The notes under the pieces were generated by a model. That model was given only the letters and a program-made list of their open reading frames with translations. It had not been told where the DNA came from and ran no database searches. The translations under genes and the position numbers were made by a program. 64,000 nt of DNA from an uncultured delta proteobacterium. Lineage in GTDB: Bacteria > Myxococcota > Myxococcia > Myxococcales > Anaeromyxobacteraceae. The stretch spans positions 288,001 to 352,000 of the forward strand of contig CAVYBH010000008.1 in assembly GCA_963766715.1 (NCBI GenBank), given 5' to 3'. How positions within the stretch are numbered: the first letter of the stretch is position 1; the number at the start of each line of letters is the position of its first letter. This document shows positions 33,275-47,522 of the stretch, in pieces.

Positions 33275-34065
33275 GCGAGACCCCCGCGCCCCCGATCCTG
33301 GCCGTCTCGAGCATCGAGACGCTCTACCACGACCGGATCTACGCGCTCACCGGCGTCTCCCTCGAGCTGCGCGAGCGGGAGATCTTCGCGGTGCTGGGGC
33401 CGAACGGCGCCGGCAAGACCACGCTCCTCCGGACCATCGCCGGCCTCCTGCGCGACCAGCCCAAGAAGGGCACCATCCGGCTCGACGGCCGGCGCATCGA
33501 GCGCCACCAGCCGGAGGAGGTGGCCGACGCCGGGGTGGTCTTCGTCGCCGAGGACCGCGGCCTCTTCCGCGAGCTCACCGTGGCGGAGAACCTCGACCTC
33601 GGCATGTGGGGCAAGCCGCGCCGGCAGGCCCGCGAGGATCTGGAGACGGTTCACGCCCTCTTTCCCCGGCTGCGCGAGCGCCTCCAGCAGCAGGCCGACA
33701 CGCTCTCCGGCGGCGAGCAGCAGATGCTCGCCATCGGGCGCTCGCTCCTGCGCCGGCCCCGGCTGCTCCTCCTCGACGAGCCGTCGCTCGGCCTGACCCC
33801 GGAGATGTCCCGGATCGTCTTCGACGCGCTGGTGCAGATCAGCGAGGCCGGCACCACCATCCTCCTCGTGGAGCAGAACGCCCGGCTGGCGCTGCGCGTG
33901 GCCCACCGCGCCGCCATCCTCGAGACCGGGCGCATCGTCCTCACCGGGACGCCGCAGGAGCTCTCCGAGCACCCCGACGTCCGGGACGTGTACCTGGGCA
34001 TCGGCACCGGGGACGCCACCGAGGGCAAGAGCTTCCGGCTCTACCGGAAGAGGAGGCGCTGGTGA
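33271..34065 (+). CDS. ABC ATPase, LivF-like
   Basis: [36 protein letters not shown]; ends YRKRRRW. Confidence 0.92.
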   Translation: MSETPAPPILAVSSIETLYHDRIYALTGVSLELREREIFAVLGPNGAGKTTLLRTIAGLLRDQPKKGTIRLDGRRIERHQPEEVADAGVVFVAEDRGLFRELTVAENLDLGMWGKPRRQAREDLETVHALFPRLRERLQQQADTLSGGEQQMLAIGRSLLRRPRLLLLDEPSLGLTPEMSRIVFDALVQISEAGTTILLVEQNARLALRVAHRAAILETGRIVLTGTPQELSEHPDVRDVYLGIGTGDATEGKSFRLYRKRRRW

Positions 34066-35862
34066 CGGCCGTCCGAAGCCTGCCGGGCCTGCTCTACGAC
34101 CAGGCGAGCCGCCGCGCCGGCGACGTGGCCCTGCGCCACAAGGCGCTCGGGATCTGGCACCGGATCACCTGGGCCGACTACGCGGAGAACGTCCGGAAGG
34201 TGGCGGCGAGCCTCGTCGCCTTCGGCCTGCGCCACCAGGAGAACGTGGCGGTGCTGGGCGAGAATCGCCCGGAGTGGCTCTACACCTCGCTCGGCATCAT
34301 GGCCGCCGGGGGCGCCACCTGCGGCATCTACCCGACCTCGTCGCCCGAGCAGATCGTCTACCTCCTCGAGCACTCGGAGGCGCGGGTCATCTTCGTCGAG
34401 AACGAGGAGCAGCTCGAGAAGGTGCTGCCCATCCTCCCGCAGACGAAGGTCGAGCGGATGGTGGTCTGGGACGCGAAGGGGTTGTGGGGCTTCCGCGATC
34501 CGCGCGTGGTCTTCCACGAGGACTTCGAGAAGGAGGGGGACCTGCTCCGGGCCTCCGAGCCGGGGCGCCTCGACGCGGAGCTGGCCCGGGTGTCGCCCGG
34601 CGACACGGCGATGATCATCTACACCTCGGGAACCACCGGGAACCCCAAGGGCGCCATGCTCTCCCACGGGAGCGCGCTCTTCATGTCGGAGGCCCTCGTC
34701 CAGGCCTACGGCGCGCGGGACGACGACGACCTCATCAGCTACCTGCCGCTCGCCCACATCTACGAGAACCTGGGCTCGCTGCTCCTGCACCTGCGGGTCG
34801 GCTTCGTCGTGAACTTCGTGGAGAGCCTCGACACGCTCTTCCAGAACCTGCGCGAGGTCTCGCCCACCTACTTCGCCAGCGTGCCGCGCATCTGGGAGAA
34901 GCTCGCCTCCACCATCGAGCTGCGCATGGCCGACTCCACCTGGCTGAAGCGCGTGCTCTACGCGCAGGCGGTCCGGGTGGGGCGCCGGTTCGAGGAGGCG
35001 CGCGGCAAGGGCCCCGTGCCCGCCGGCGCTCCGCCTCGCCCGCTTCCTGACGTACTGGATGGTCTTCGAGCCGCTCAAGCGGCGCATCGGGTTCGACCGG
35101 GCCCGGCTGGCCTTCAGCGGCGCGGCCCCGGCCTCCCCCGAGCTCTTCGGCTACTTCCAGGCCATGGGGATCCCGCTCGTGGAGGGATACGGCATGACCG
35201 AGTCGACCGGGGTCATCGCCGTGAACCGCCCGGACCGACCGCTGGTGGGGACGGTGGGCGAGCCGCTGCCGGGCGTCGAGGTGGTGCTGGCCGAGGACGG
35301 CGAGATCCTCACGCGCGGCCCCCACGTCTTCAAGGGCTACTTCAAGGATCCCGAGCAGACCGCGAAGACCATCGACCCGGACGGCTGGCTCCACACCGGC
35401 GACGTGGGCAAGTGGGTGGACGGCCGGCTCCAGATCATCGACCGCAAGAAGGACCTCATCATCACCGCCGGCGGGAAGAACATCGCCCCGGCCTACCTCG
35501 AGAACAAGCTCAAGTTCAGCTCCTACATCCAGGACGCGGTGGTCATCGGCGACCGGCGCAAGTACGTGGTGGCGCTCATCCTCATCGACGAGGACAACGT
35601 CACCAAGTTCGCGCAGGACAACCGGCTCCCCTTCGCCACCTTCGCCGAGCTCACCCAGGCGGCCGAGATCCAGAAGCTCATCGCGCAGGAGGTGGACCAG
35701 GTGAACCGGACGCTCTCGCAGGTCGAGTCCATCAAGAAGTTCGCGCTCCTGCCGCGCCGCTTCTACGAGGAGGAAGGCGACGTCACGCCCACCAAGAAGG
35801 TGAAGCGGCGGAACCTGGAAGTGCGCTACGCCGAGCTCATCGAGTCGCTGTACCGGGGCTGA
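34062..35862 (+). CDS. Long-chain fatty acid-CoA ligase (frameshift near 35030)
   Basis: [60 protein letters not shown]. Confidence 0.92.
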
Positions 35863-35865
35863 CGC

Positions 35866-36846
35866 ATGGATCTGGTCGAGAACTACCGCGAGGAGCTCCG
35901 CTTCGCCCGCAAGCCGCTGGGGCGGGCCCTGCTCGTGCTGCTCCTCCTGGCGCTCGCGCTCCTGCCCTGGTGGGGACCGCGGGCCTGGCTCAGCCACGCC
36001 AGCAAGGTGTGGCTCCTCGCCGTGGGGGTCATCGGCCAGAACCTGCTCATGGGCTACGCCGGGCTCATCTCCTTCGGACAGGCGGGCTTCCTGGCCATCG
36101 GGGCGTACACGTTCGGTCACCTGCGCATGGCCGGCGTCCCCTTCTCGCTCTCGCTCGCCGCGGCGGGCGGCGCCGCCGGGCTGGTGGGCTGGCTGGTGGG
36201 CTTCCCCTCGCTCCGGCTCAAGGGGCCCTACCTGGCCATCGCCACCCTCGGCTTCGGCACGGCCGTCTACCAGATCTTCGCCAACGTGGAGTGGCTCTCC
36301 GGCGGCCGGACGGGCCTCCCCATCCCGCCGCTCCAGCCCCCCTTCGGCATGGTGCGGGACACCTGGCTCTACCTCGTCTACTTCGGGATCTTCCTCCTCT
36401 TCACCGGCACGGCCTACAACCTCATCTCGTCCTACGTGGGGCGCGCCTTCGTGGCCGTGCGCGACAGCGACATCGCCGCCGAGGCCATGGGCGTGAACCT
36501 GTCCCGCTACAAGCTGCTCGCCTTCGCCATCTCCTCCTTCTACACGGGGGTGAGCGGCGCGCTCATGGCGCAGTACCTGGGCCACCTCGAGCCGCAGGCC
36601 TTCAACATCTCGGAGTCGATGACCTTCTTCGTGGCGGTGATCGTGGGAGGGCTCGCCTCGATCGAGGGGTCGGTCTTCGGAGCCGCCTTCGTGGTGCTGG
36701 TGCCGGCCCTGCTCGGCTCCTTCCGCTGGGCGGTGCCGGTGCTCTTCGGGACGGCCATCCTCTCGGTCCTGATCTTCGAGCCGCTCGGGCTCGCCGGCAT
36801 GTGGCTGAAGACACGCCTCTACTTCCGCCTCTGGCCGTTCCGCTAG
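35866..36846 (+). CDS. ABC permease, LivM-like
   Basis: [35 protein letters not shown]. Confidence 0.92.
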   Translation: MDLVENYREELRFARKPLGRALLVLLLLALALLPWWGPRAWLSHASKVWLLAVGVIGQNLLMGYAGLISFGQAGFLAIGAYTFGHLRMAGVPFSLSLAAAGGAAGLVGWLVGFPSLRLKGPYLAIATLGFGTAVYQIFANVEWLSGGRTGLPIPPLQPPFGMVRDTWLYLVYFGIFLLFTGTAYNLISSYVGRAFVAVRDSDIAAEAMGVNLSRYKLLAFAISSFYTGVSGALMAQYLGHLEPQAFNISESMTFFVAVIVGGLASIEGSVFGAAFVVLVPALLGSFRWAVPVLFGTAILSVLIFEPLGLAGMWLKTRLYFRLWPFR

Positions 36847-36852
36847 GTGCAC

Positions 36853-37734
36853 ATGGCCCGATTCCTCCAGTACGCGCTGTCCGGCCTCTCGGCGGGGAGT
36901 CTCTACGCGCTGGTCGCGCTGGGGCTCGTGCTCATCTACCGGTCCACCCGGGTGCTCAACTTCGCCCACGCCGACATGGCCACGGTGGGGACCTTCATCG
37001 CCTTCTCGATGATCTCGAGCGGGATGCCCTTCTGGCTGGCGTTCGTGATGGCGCTGCTGGCGGGCGCCGTGGTGGCGGTGGTCTTCTACTTCGCCGCGCT
37101 CGTCCCGGCCCAGCGCAAGGGAGCGAACCACCTCGGGCAGGTGATCCTGACCATCGGGCTCGCGTTCATCCTGCAGGGCCTCACGCTCTACCAGTGGGGC
37201 GCCGAGCCCGAGCGGTTCCCCTTCCCGCTCTCCGACACCAAGGTCTGGCAGGTCGGGCCGGTCTTCGTCTCCGAGCTCGCGCTGGGGACGCTCGCCGCCG
37301 CCGCCGTGGCGAGCCTCCTGCTCTACCTCCTCATCCAGAAGACGCGGCTCGGGCTGGCCATGCGGGCCACGTCCGAGAACCTCCAGGCCGCGCAGACCCT
37401 CGGGATCCCGACCCGGGGCGTGCTGGCCCTCGCCTGGGGCGTGGCCGCGGCGCTCGCGGTGGTGGCCGGCGTGTTCCTCGCCCCCTCGTCCTTCCTCGAC
37501 CCGTTCTTCATGCTGGACGCCCTGTTCAAGGGGCTGGCGGCCGCGGTGCTGGGGGGCCTGAACAGCCTGCCCGGCGCCGTCCTGGGAGGGCTGCTCCTCG
37601 GGGTGGCGGAGAGCCTCGGCGGCGCCTACGTGTCGCTCGAGTTCAAGACCTCGCTCGCCTTCATCCTCATCGTGGCGGTGCTGCTCGTCCGGCCCGAGGG
37701 GCTCCTGGGCAAGGAGTTCCAGGAGCGGGTGTAG
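36853..37734 (+). CDS. ABC permease, LivH-like
   Basis: [38 protein letters not shown]. Confidence 0.92.
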   Translation: MARFLQYALSGLSAGSLYALVALGLVLIYRSTRVLNFAHADMATVGTFIAFSMISSGMPFWLAFVMALLAGAVVAVVFYFAALVPAQRKGANHLGQVILTIGLAFILQGLTLYQWGAEPERFPFPLSDTKVWQVGPVFVSELALGTLAAAAVASLLLYLLIQKTRLGLAMRATSENLQAAQTLGIPTRGVLALAWGVAAALAVVAGVFLAPSSFLDPFFMLDALFKGLAAAVLGGLNSLPGAVLGGLLLGVAESLGGAYVSLEFKTSLAFILIVAVLLVRPEGLLGKEFQERV

Positions 37735-37757
37735 GGGCCGAGGAACGGCCCGGACCC

Positions 37758-38525
37758 CTACGGCAGCGCGCCCGGCTTCTTCTTCTCGAAGAAGGCGCCC
37801 ATGGCCGCACGCGCCTCCGGCGACGAGAGCCGCTCCCCGAAGATGCGGATCTCCTCGTCCATCCGCTCCTCGAGGGCGCGGGCGTGGGGGCGCTTGAGCA
37901 GCTCCTTCGTGATCCGCACCGACTCGCGCGGGAGCGCCGCGACCGCCTTCGCCATCTCGCGGGCGTGGTCGAGCAGCCGTTCCTCGGGCACCACCTCGTT
38001 CACGAGCCCGGCCGCGCGGGCCGCCTCCGCGCCGAACGGGCGCCCGAGGAGCAGCATCTCGGAGGCGCGCTGGTGGCCGGCGAGCATGGGGAGGAGCAGG
38101 CTCGAGCCGCCCTCCGGCGCGAGCCCCAGCGGGACGAAGGGCATCTGGAAGCGGGCGTTCGGCGCGGCGTAGACGAGGTCGCAGTGGAGGAGCAGGGTCG
38201 TGCCGATCCCCACCGCCACGCCGCCCACCGCGGCCACGACGGGCTTCCTGGCGCCGCGGATGGCGGCCAGGAAGCGGGAGGCCGGCGCGCCCACGCCGGC
38301 CCCGTGGCTCACGTTCAGGAAGTCGGCGAGGTCGTTGCCGGCGGTGAAGCAGCCGGGCTGGCCGTGCACGAGGATCACGTGGACCTCGGGGTCGGCCTCG
38401 GCGCGGTCGAACGCGTCGGACATCGCCGTGTACATCTCCTGGGTCAGCGCGTTCTTCTTCTCCGGCCGGTGGATCTCGATGCTCGCGATCCGCCCGGCCG
38501 TGGCCGTCCGCACGTGCTCCGTCAT
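37758..38525 (-). CDS. Enoyl-CoA hydratase/isomerase
   Basis: [42 protein letters not shown]. Confidence 0.9.
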   Translation of the reverse strand: MTEHVRTATAGRIASIEIHRPEKKNALTQEMYTAMSDAFDRAEADPEVHVILVHGQPGCFTAGNDLADFLNVSHGAGVGAPASRFLAAIRGARKPVVAAVGGVAVGIGTTLLLHCDLVYAAPNARFQMPFVPLGLAPEGGSSLLLPMLAGHQRASEMLLLGRPFGAEAARAAGLVNEVVPEERLLDHAREMAKAVAALPRESVRITKELLKRPHARALEERMDEEIRIFGERLSSPEARAAMGAFFEKKKPGALP

Positions 38526-39727
38526 GGGGTTGCCTCCAGTACCATCGCCAGTCCCTGCCCGACGCCGATGCATAGGCTCACCACGGCGTGGCGGCCACCC
38601 CGGCGGCGCAGCTCCCGGGCGGCGGTCAGGGCGAGCCGCGCGCCGGACGCGCCCAGGGGATGGCCCAGCGCGATGGCGCCGCCGTTGGGGTTCACGCGCC
38701 CGTCGTCGAAGGGGACGCGCAGGAGCTTCAGGCAGGCGAGCGCCTGGCTGGCGAAGGCCTCGTTCAGCTCGATCACGTCCATCCGCGCGAGCGAGAGCCC
38801 GGCGCGGTCGAGCGCCTTGGGGATCGCGAAGACCGGGCCGAGCCCCATGAGGCGCGGCTCGACGCCGGCCGCGCCCGCCGACAGGATCCGCGCCAGCGGC
38901 CGGACCCCGGCCTTCTCGCCGGCGGCGCGCGAGCCCACCAGCAGGGCGGCGGCGCCGTCGTTCACGCCCGAGGCGTTGCCGGCGGTGACCACGCCACCGG
39001 GGAAGAGCGGCCGCAGCCGCGCCAGGGCCTCGAGCGTGGTGCCCGGCCGCGGGTGCTCGTCCTCCCGCACCACCGAGGGGCTTCCCTTCCCGGGGCCGGG
39101 GACCTCGACCGGCTGGATCTCGCCCGCGAGGAAGCCGTCCTGGCGGGCCCGCTCGGCCCGCTCCTGCGAGCGGAGCGCGAACCGGTCGGCCTCGTCGCGG
39201 GTGACGGCGTGCTCCCGGGCCACGTTGTCGCCGGTCTCGGGCATGGAGTCGGACCCGAACCGCTCCACCAGGCGCGGATTGGGGAACCGCGCGCCGATGG
39301 TGGTGTCGAAGGCGCGGATCTCCCGGGCGTACGGGGTCTCCGACTTGGCCACCGCGAAGGGGGCCCGGCTCATGCTCTCCACGCCTCCGGCCAGGTAGAG
39401 GTCGCCGTCCCCCACCGTCACCGCGCGGGCCGCGTCCACCACCGCCGCCAGGCCGCTGGCGCAGAGCCGGTTCACGGTCTGTGCGGGCGTGGTCACCGGG
39501 AAGCCGGCCAGCAGCGCGGCGTGCCGCGCCACGTTCCGGGAGTCCTCGCCGGCCTGGTTGGTGCATCCGACGTAGACGTCCTCGAGGTCCTCGGGCTTCC
39601 ACGGCGAGCGGGCCACGAGCGCGCGCATCACCCCGGCCAGGAGGTCGTCGGGGCGCACCGGCGCGAGCGCGCCGGCGTGGCGGCCGAAGGGCGTGCGCAG
39701 CCCGTCGTAGATCCAGGCGTCGAGCAT
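38522..39727 (-). CDS. 3-oxoadipyl-CoA thiolase-like (PcaF/PaaJ subfamily)
   Basis: [44 protein letters not shown]. Confidence 0.9.
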   Translation of the reverse strand: MLDAWIYDGLRTPFGRHAGALAPVRPDDLLAGVMRALVARSPWKPEDLEDVYVGCTNQAGEDSRNVARHAALLAGFPVTTPAQTVNRLCASGLAAVVDAARAVTVGDGDLYLAGGVESMSRAPFAVAKSETPYAREIRAFDTTIGARFPNPRLVERFGSDSMPETGDNVAREHAVTRDEADRFALRSQERAERARQDGFLAGEIQPVEVPGPGKGSPSVVREDEHPRPGTTLEALARLRPLFPGGVVTAGNASGVNDGAAALLVGSRAAGEKAGVRPLARILSAGAAGVEPRLMGLGPVFAIPKALDRAGLSLARMDVIELNEAFASQALACLKLLRVPFDDGRVNPNGGAIALGHPLGASGARLALTAARELRRRGGRHAVVSLCIGVGQGLAMVLEATP

Positions 39728-39749
39728 CGGGGAGCCCCGGCCCGGCGGG

Positions 39750-40928
<1,179 letters not shown>

Positions 40929-40942
40929 GGCGTTCTCCGGAG

Positions 40943-43030
40943 CTAGGTGAAGGACTTCCCCTCGGCGGCGAGCCGGGCGAGGAGCGCGGCCGGCTTCCAG
41001 AAGGCGCGGTCGGCGTGAGGGAGCGCGCCGAACCGGTCCATGGAGCGGACCACGTGGAAGAGGCCGGCCTCGTCGGCGTAGCGCATGGGGCCGCCGCGGA
41101 AGACCGGGAAGCCGTAGCCGGTGAGGTAGACCATGTCGATGTCGGAGGCGCGCAGCGCGATGCCCTCCTCGAGGATGCGCGCGCCCTCGTTCACGAGCGC
41201 GTAGACGCAGCGCTCGACGATCTCGTCGTTCGGGATCTTCCGCCGGGCGATCCCCATCTCCTTCGAGCCGGCCACGACGATCTCCTCCACCACCGGATCG
41301 GGGATGGGATCGCGCTTCCCGGCCTCGTACCGGTACCAGCCCGCGCCGGTCTTCTGCCCGAAGCGCCCCAGCTCGCAGACCTTGTCGGCGATGACCTGGC
41401 GCGGCTCGTCGGGGTGCTCGGCGTAGTGGCGCTTGCGGATGTACCAGCCGATGTCGTTGCCGGCCAGGTCGGAGACCCGGAACGGCCCCATCACGAAGCC
41501 CCACTTCTCGAGGGCCCGGTCCACCTGCTGCGGCAGCGCCCCCTCGGCGAGCAGGGACAGGCACTGGTTCAGGTAGCCGTGCAGCATCCGGTTCCCGATG
41601 AACCCGTCGCAGACGCCGGAGACCACGCCGGTCTTCTTGAGCTTCTTCGAGAGGGCCATCACCGTGGCCAGCACGTCCTTCGCGGTCTCGCGGCCGCGGA
41701 CGATCTCGAGCAGCTTCATGACGTTGGCGGGGCTGAAGAAGTGGGTCCCGACCACGTCCTGCGGGCGCCGCGTGAACGAGGCGATGCGGTCCACGTCGAG
41801 CGTGGAGGTGTTGGTGGCGAGGATGGCGCCCGGCTTCATCACCTCGTCGAGCCGGCGGAACACCTTCTCCTTCACCGCCATGTCCTCGAAGACCGCCTCG
41901 ACGACGATGTCGGCCTGCCCGAGCGCCGCGTAGTCGAGCGTGGGGCGGAGGAGCGCCATCCGCTCCTCGACCTGGGCCAGGGTCAGCTTCCCCTTCTTCG
42001 CCGAGCCCTCGTAGTTCTTGCGGATGACCGCGAGCCCCTTGTCGAGGGCCTCCTGCTTCACCTCCAGCACCATCACCGGGATGCCGGCGTTGGCGAAGTT
42101 CATGGCGATGCCCCCGCCCATGGTCCCGGCGCCGATCACCGCCGCCGATCGGATGGGGCGGGTGGGCGTGTCCTCCGGGACGTCGGGGATCTTGGAGGCG
42201 GCGCGCTCGGCGAAGAAGGCGTGGCGCAGCGCCCGCGACTCCGGCGTCTGGACCAGCGCCAGGAAGGCGTCGCGCTCCCAGGCCAGCCCCTCCTCGAAGG
42301 GCTTCGTGGCCGCGACCTCGATCGCGTCCACGCAGCGGGCCGGGGCCGGGTAGTCCTTGGCCACCGCCTTCACGGTGTTCCGCGCGAAGGCCACGAAGGC
42401 CGGCGCGCGCGGGTCGGTGAGCGGGAGGTTCCGGACGAGCGGCAGGGGGCGCACGTCGGCCACCTTCGTGGCGAAGGCCACCGCGCCCTCGAGCAGGTCG
42501 CCCTCGACGATGGCGTCGAAGAGGGCGGTCTTGCCGAGCTTCTCGGAGGGCACCGGCGCCCCGGAGACGATCATGTTGAGCGCCGCCTCGATGCCCACCA
42601 CGCGCGGGAGCCGCTGCGTCCCCCCGGCGCCCGGGAGCAGGCCGAGCTTCACCTCCGGCAGCGCGATCTGCGCGCCGGGCGCGGCCACCCGGTAGTGGCA
42701 CCCCAGCGAGAGCTCCAGCCCGCCTCCCATGCACACCGCGTGGATGGCGGCGACGACCGGCTTGGGGCACTGCTCCACGACCCGGATCAGGCTGTGGAGG
42801 TTGGGCTCGGCCAGCGCCTTCGGCGAGTTGAACTCCTTGATGTCGGCGCCCCCGGAGAAGGCCTTGCCGGCGCCCGCCAGGACGATGGCCTTCACGGCCG
42901 GATCGGCGACGGCCCGGTCGAGGCCCGCCACGATCCCGCTCCGCAGCTCGTGGCCGAGCCCGTTCACCGGGGGGTTGTCGAGGGTGATGACCGCCACCGC
43001 GCCGCGCGTCGTGTAATGGGCCTGGCTCAT
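40943..43030 (-). CDS. Bifunctional enoyl-CoA hydratase / 3-hydroxyacyl-CoA dehydrogenase (PimF-like)
   Basis: [45 protein letters not shown]. Confidence 0.93.
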   Translation of the reverse strand: MSQAHYTTRGAVAVITLDNPPVNGLGHELRSGIVAGLDRAVADPAVKAIVLAGAGKAFSGGADIKEFNSPKALAEPNLHSLIRVVEQCPKPVVAAIHAVCMGGGLELSLGCHYRVAAPGAQIALPEVKLGLLPGAGGTQRLPRVVGIEAALNMIVSGAPVPSEKLGKTALFDAIVEGDLLEGAVAFATKVADVRPLPLVRNLPLTDPRAPAFVAFARNTVKAVAKDYPAPARCVDAIEVAATKPFEEGLAWERDAFLALVQTPESRALRHAFFAERAASKIPDVPEDTPTRPIRSAAVIGAGTMGGGIAMNFANAGIPVMVLEVKQEALDKGLAVIRKNYEGSAKKGKLTLAQVEERMALLRPTLDYAALGQADIVVEAVFEDMAVKEKVFRRLDEVMKPGAILATNTSTLDVDRIASFTRRPQDVVGTHFFSPANVMKLLEIVRGRETAKDVLATVMALSKKLKKTGVVSGVCDGFIGNRMLHGYLNQCLSLLAEGALPQQVDRALEKWGFVMGPFRVSDLAGNDIGWYIRKRHYAEHPDEPRQVIADKVCELGRFGQKTGAGWYRYEAGKRDPIPDPVVEEIVVAGSKEMGIARRKIPNDEIVERCVYALVNEGARILEEGIALRASDIDMVYLTGYGFPVFRGGPMRYADEAGLFHVVRSMDRFGALPHADRAFWKPAALLARLAAEGKSFT

Positions 43031-44163
43031 TTGCTCTCCGTGATGAAGCGCTCCAGGTGGTACTCGGTGTCGCCCAGCGACAGCTCGATGGCGAGCAGCC
43101 GCTTGAAGCAGTGGCTCACCGCCAGCTCGTCGGTGACCCCCATGCCGCCGTGGAGCTGCACCGCCTGCTGCCCCACGAACCGGCAGGCCTGCCCCACCGT
43201 CACCTTGGCCGCCGACAGGGTGCGGCGCCGCTCCCGGACGTCCTCCGAGGCGGCGTACATCGAGGCCAGGTAGCTCATGGATCGGGCCTGCTCCACCTGC
43301 ATGAGCATGTCGGCCATGCGGTGCTGGAGCGCCTGGAACCGGGCGATGGGCTGGCCGAACTGCTTGCGGGTCCGCGTGTACTCGAGGGTGGCGTCGAGCG
43401 TGGCCTGCAGCACGCCCACCGCCTCGGCGCAGAGCGCGGCCACGCCCAGGTCCCAGGCCGCCGAGAGCGCGGGGAAGGCTCCGCCCTCCGGGCCCAGCAG
43501 CGCGTCCTCGGGGAGGGAGACCGCCGAGAGCACCACGTCGGCCCCCCGCTGCCCGTCGATGGTGGGGTACGGGACGAGCTTCACGCCGGGTGACGAGGGC
43601 GGGACGGCGAAGAGGGAGATCCCCGCCTCCTCGTCCTCCCGGCCGGAGGTGCGGGCGGTGACGAGCAGCAGGTCGGCGGCGGGCGCGTGCAGGACCACGG
43701 CCTTTCGTCCGTCGAGGACCCAGCCCGGGCCGGACCGGCGGGCGGCGGTGGCGACGCGGGAGAGGTCGTAGCGGGCGCCCTCCTCGCCGTGGGCGGGCAC
43801 GGCGATCCGCTCGCCGGCGGCCATGGCGGGGAGGAGGCCGGCCTGCTGCGCGGGAGAGCCCAGCGCGCGGACGAGGGCGGTGCCGAGGATGGCCGAGGAG
43901 AGGTACGGCTCGACGGAGAGGGCGCGCCCCAGCGCCGTGCAGGTGAGCAGGGTCTCGACGGCCGCCGGCGCCATGCCGCCGTGCGCCTCCGGGATTTGAA
44001 GTCCGAGCAGCCCCATCTCCCCGAGCTTCGCCCAGGTCTCGCGGCTCCAGCCCGCGTCCGACCGGAGGATCCGGCGCCGCGCCTCGAAGCCGTACTCCTG
44101 GGCCAGGAAGCGCTGGACCATCTCGCCCAGCGCGCGCTGCTCGTCGGTCAGGTTGAAGTGCAT
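43027..44163 (-). CDS. Acyl-CoA dehydrogenase, PimD-like small subunit
   Basis: [32 protein letters not shown]. Confidence 0.88.
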   Translation of the reverse strand: MHFNLTDEQRALGEMVQRFLAQEYGFEARRRILRSDAGWSRETWAKLGEMGLLGLQIPEAHGGMAPAAVETLLTCTALGRALSVEPYLSSAILGTALVRALGSPAQQAGLLPAMAAGERIAVPAHGEEGARYDLSRVATAARRSGPGWVLDGRKAVVLHAPAADLLLVTARTSGREDEEAGISLFAVPPSSPGVKLVPYPTIDGQRGADVVLSAVSLPEDALLGPEGGAFPALSAAWDLGVAALCAEAVGVLQATLDATLEYTRTRKQFGQPIARFQALQHRMADMLMQVEQARSMSYLASMYAASEDVRERRRTLSAAKVTVGQACRFVGQQAVQLHGGMGVTDELAVSHCFKRLLAIELSLGDTEYHLERFITESK

Positions 44164-44172
44164 CGCGCGCCC

Positions 44173-45368
44173 CTAGAGCCCCAGGATCATCTGGGTGATG
44201 ATGTTCTTCTGGATCTCGTTCGAGCCGCCGTAGATCGAGGCCTTGCGCATGTTGCAGTAGGTGGCCGCGAGCGGCGCCGCGTAGTCCGGCCCGGCCCGCT
44301 CGCCCTGGAACCCGCCGGAGAGCGCCTCGATCCGGAAGGGCAGCGCGTAGGGGCCCACCGCCTGGACCATGAGCTCGGTGAGGGCCTGCTGGATCTCGGT
44401 GCCCTTGATCTTGAGGAGGGAGGCCTCCGGGCCCGGGGCGCGCTTCTCCGCCTCGGCGGAGAGGACCCGGAGGTTGGTGATCTCGAGCGCCATGAGGTCG
44501 ATCTCGACCTGGGCGAGGCGCGCGGCGAAGGCGGGGTCCTCGGCGAGGGGTCGCCCGTGCTTCCGCTCGGTCGCGGCGATCCGCTTCAGCCGCGCCAGCT
44601 CCCGCTTCGAGCCGCCGATGCCGGCGATGTTGGCGCGCTCGTGGCCGAGGAGGAACTTGGCGTAGGTCCAGCCCTTGTTCTCCTCGCCCACCAGGTTCTC
44701 GACCGGAACCTTCACGTCCTCGAACCAGACCTCGTTCACCTCGTGGCCGCCGTCGAGCATGACGATGGGGCGCACGGTCACGCCGGGCGTCCGCATGTCG
44801 ACGAGCAGGAAGGAGATGCCGGCCTGGGCCTTGGCGGCGCGGTCGGTGCGGACCAGGCAGAGATCCAGTCGGCGTGCTGGGCCAGCGTGATCCAGGTCTT
44901 CTGGCCGTTCACCACGTAGTGGTCGCCGTGGCGCTCGGCGCGGGTGCGCAGGGACGCGAGATCGGAGCCGCTCTCCGGCTCGGAGTACCCCTGGCACCAC
45001 CAGTCCTCGCCCGAGAGGATGCGGGGCAGGAACCGCCGGTGCTGGGCCGGGCTCCCGAAGCGCATGATCACCGGCCCGACCATCTTCAGGCCGAAGGGGA
45101 GCAGGCGCGGCGCGCCGGCGGCGGCGCACTCCTCCTCGAAGATGTACTGCCGGACGGGGTCCCAGCCGGTGCCCCCGAACTCGGCGGGCCAGTTCGGGCC
45201 GCCCCAGCCCTTCCGGTGCAGGGTGCGCTGCCACTCGACGGTGGCCTCCGGGGGGACGTGCAGCCCCTCGAGCACGAGGTGGCGCACCGGGGCGGGCAGG
45301 CTCGAGTCCAGGAAGGCGCGCACCTCCTCGCGGAAGCGCTGCTCCTCCGGGGTGAACGTGAGGTCCAT
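44173..45368 (-). CDS. Acyl-CoA dehydrogenase, PimC-like large subunit (frameshift near 44862)
   Basis: WCQGYSEPESGSDLASL, NGQKTW, GWTYAKFLLGHER, SIYGGSNEIQKNII. Confidence 0.88.
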
Positions 45369-45404
45369 GGGCCCTCCCCCGGTTCCTCGCGGCCCCGGTC
45401 GTCT

Positions 45405-45421
45405 GTTTCGCTCTGCGAAAC
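45405..45421. promoter_or_regulatory. Palindromic operator GTTTCG-N5-CGAAAC (copy 1)
   Basis: GTTTCGCTCTGCGAAAC in the divergent pimC/SDR intergenic region. Confidence 0.7.
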
Positions 45422-45525
45422 GCCCGTCCGACTTGCGGACTGAAGAACCACCCCGTAACACGCGCTTGTTGACGGTGGCAAGCCGGGGATGCCAGGATCC
45501 GGGCCCGCCCAGAGAGGATATCCCA

Positions 45526-46300
45526 ATGAGCCTGAGACGACTGCTCGACCTGTCCGGAAAGGTGGCGCTCGTCACCGGAGGCTCCCGCGGGCTCGGCCTG
45601 CAGATGGCGGAGGCGCTCGGCGAGATGGGCGCCCGGGTGGCCATCACCGCCCGCAAGGCGGCGGAGCTGGAGCAGGCGGCGAAGCACCTGGAGGCGCAGG
45701 GGGTGGAGGTCCTCCCGGTGCCGGTCGACCTCGGGCGCCGGGAGAACGTCGCGAAGACGCTCGAGCCCGTGCTGGAGCGCTTCGGCACCGTCGACATCCT
45801 GGTGAACAACGCCGGCACCACCTGGGGCGCCCCCGCCGAGGACTACCCGGCCGAGGCCTGGGACAAGGTGATGCGGCTCAACATCGACGCCATGTTCTTC
45901 CTCAGCCAGGCGGTGGCGCGGCAGTGCATGATCCCGCGCCGCTCCGGGAAGATCGTGAACGTGGCGTCCGTGGCCGGCCTGCTCGGGAACCCGCCCGGGA
46001 TGTCCACCATCGCCTACAACGCCAGCAAGGGCGCCGCGGTGAACCTGACCCGGGCGCTCGCGGTGGAGTGGGGCAAGTACGACATCAACGTGAACGCCAT
46101 CTGTCCGGGCTTCTTCCCGTCGAAGATGACCCACGGCATCCTCGACGCCATCGGCGAGATGGTGATCGCGAGCACGCCGCTCGGTCGCCTGGGCGGCGAG
46201 GAGGACCTGAAGGGCACGGTGGTCTTCCTGGCCTCGGACGCTTCCCGCCACCTCACCGGCCAGTGTCCTGGTCGTGGACGGCGGCGCCTCCCTCTGGTGA
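45526..46300 (+). CDS. SDR oxidoreductase (frameshift near 46263)
   Basis: TGGSRGLG, NNAG, YNASK, PLGRLG; corrected end VLVVDGGASLW*. Confidence 0.9.
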
Positions 46301-46304
46301 TCCC

Positions 46305-47522
46305 ATGGACTTCTCGGTCTCGGAACGGGTGCTCGGCTTCCAGGGGTTGGTCCGCGACTTCATGCGGAGGGAGGTCCTCCCCATCGAGCCGCTCTTCCGG
46401 CGGGCCGGCTTCGCCGCGGTGCTCCCCCAGCTCCGCGCCGCGCGGGAGAAGGCGAAGGAGACCGGCCTCTTCGCGGCCCACATGCCGCCCGGGTACGGGG
46501 GCGCGCACCTGAAGCTCACCGAGTTCGCCCACCTCTCGGAGGAGCTGGGCAAGAGCCCGCTCGGCCACTACTGCTTCAACGTCCAGGCCCCCGACATCGG
46601 GAACATGGAGCTCCTCCTCGAGCACGGCACCGAGGCGCAGAAGGAGCGCTGGCTCCGGCCGCTGGCCCGCGGCGAGATCCGCAGCTGCTTCAGCATGACC
46701 GAGCCCGAGTTCGCCGGCTCGAACCCGGTGTGGATGGGGACCACCGCGCTGAAGGAGGGCGGGGAGTACGTGCTGCGGGGGCACAAGTGGTTCGCCTCGT
46801 CGGCCGACGGCGCCGCCTTCGCCGTGTGCATGGCGGTGACCAGCCCGGACGCGAAGGATCCCTACCAGCGCGCCAGCATGATCATCGTCCCCACCGACAC
46901 GCCGGGCTTCGAGCTGGTCGGCAACATCTCCGTCATGGGCCACCGCGGCGCCGACTGGCAGAGCCACGGCGAGATCATGTACCACGGCGCCCGCGTGCCG
47001 CTCTCGAACCTGCTCGGCCCCGAGGGCGGCGGCTTCGTGCTCGCGCAGCACCGGCTCGGGCCGGGACGCATCCACCACTGCATGCGCTGGATCGGCATCT
47101 GCGAGCGGGCCTTCGACATCCTCTGCGAGCACGCCTCCACCCGGCAGCTCGCGCCCGGCGACCTGCTCGGCTCGCGCCAGATGGTGCAGCAGTGGATCGC
47201 CGAGAGCCGCGCCGAGATCGACGCGGCCCGGCTGCTCGTCCTGCACGCGGCCTGGAAGATCGAGCGCGAGGGCGCGCCGGCGGCCCGCCAGGAGATCTCG
47301 ATCATCAAGTTCACGGTGGCCCGCACGCTGCAGCGCGTGCTCGACCGCGCCATCCAGGCGCTGGGCGCGCTGGGGATGACCGACGACACGCCGCTCGCCT
47401 TCTGGTGGGCCCACGAGCGCGCCGGGCGCATCTACGACGGGGCCGACGAGGTCCACATCACGAGCGTGGCGAAGCGCATCCTCCACCGCTGGTCGAAGGG
47501 GCGGGGCGGAGGAGAGTCGTGA
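46305..47522 (+). CDS. Acyl-CoA dehydrogenase, ACAD10/11 (LvaC-like) clade
   Basis: APDIGNME, RSCFSMTEP, RLGPGRIHHCMR, RIYDGADEVH. Confidence 0.88.
   Translation: MDFSVSERVLGFQGLVRDFMRREVLPIEPLFRRAGFAAVLPQLRAAREKAKETGLFAAHMPPGYGGAHLKLTEFAHLSEELGKSPLGHYCFNVQAPDIGNMELLLEHGTEAQKERWLRPLARGEIRSCFSMTEPEFAGSNPVWMGTTALKEGGEYVLRGHKWFASSADGAAFAVCMAVTSPDAKDPYQRASMIIVPTDTPGFELVGNISVMGHRGADWQSHGEIMYHGARVPLSNLLGPEGGGFVLAQHRLGPGRIHHCMRWIGICERAFDILCEHASTRQLAPGDLLGSRQMVQQWIAESRAEIDAARLLVLHAAWKIEREGAPAARQEISIIKFTVARTLQRVLDRAIQALGALGMTDDTPLAFWWAHERAGRIYDGADEVHITSVAKRILHRWSKGRGGGES

Noticed and set aside
33606..39398. Very long ORFs in the track (for example 1930 aa here, 52814..57199, 14863..17727, 39750..42770)
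   Set aside because: Shadow or antisense frames typical of very high GC DNA, or artificial fusions via frameshifts; the real genes are explained by family motifs in other frames.
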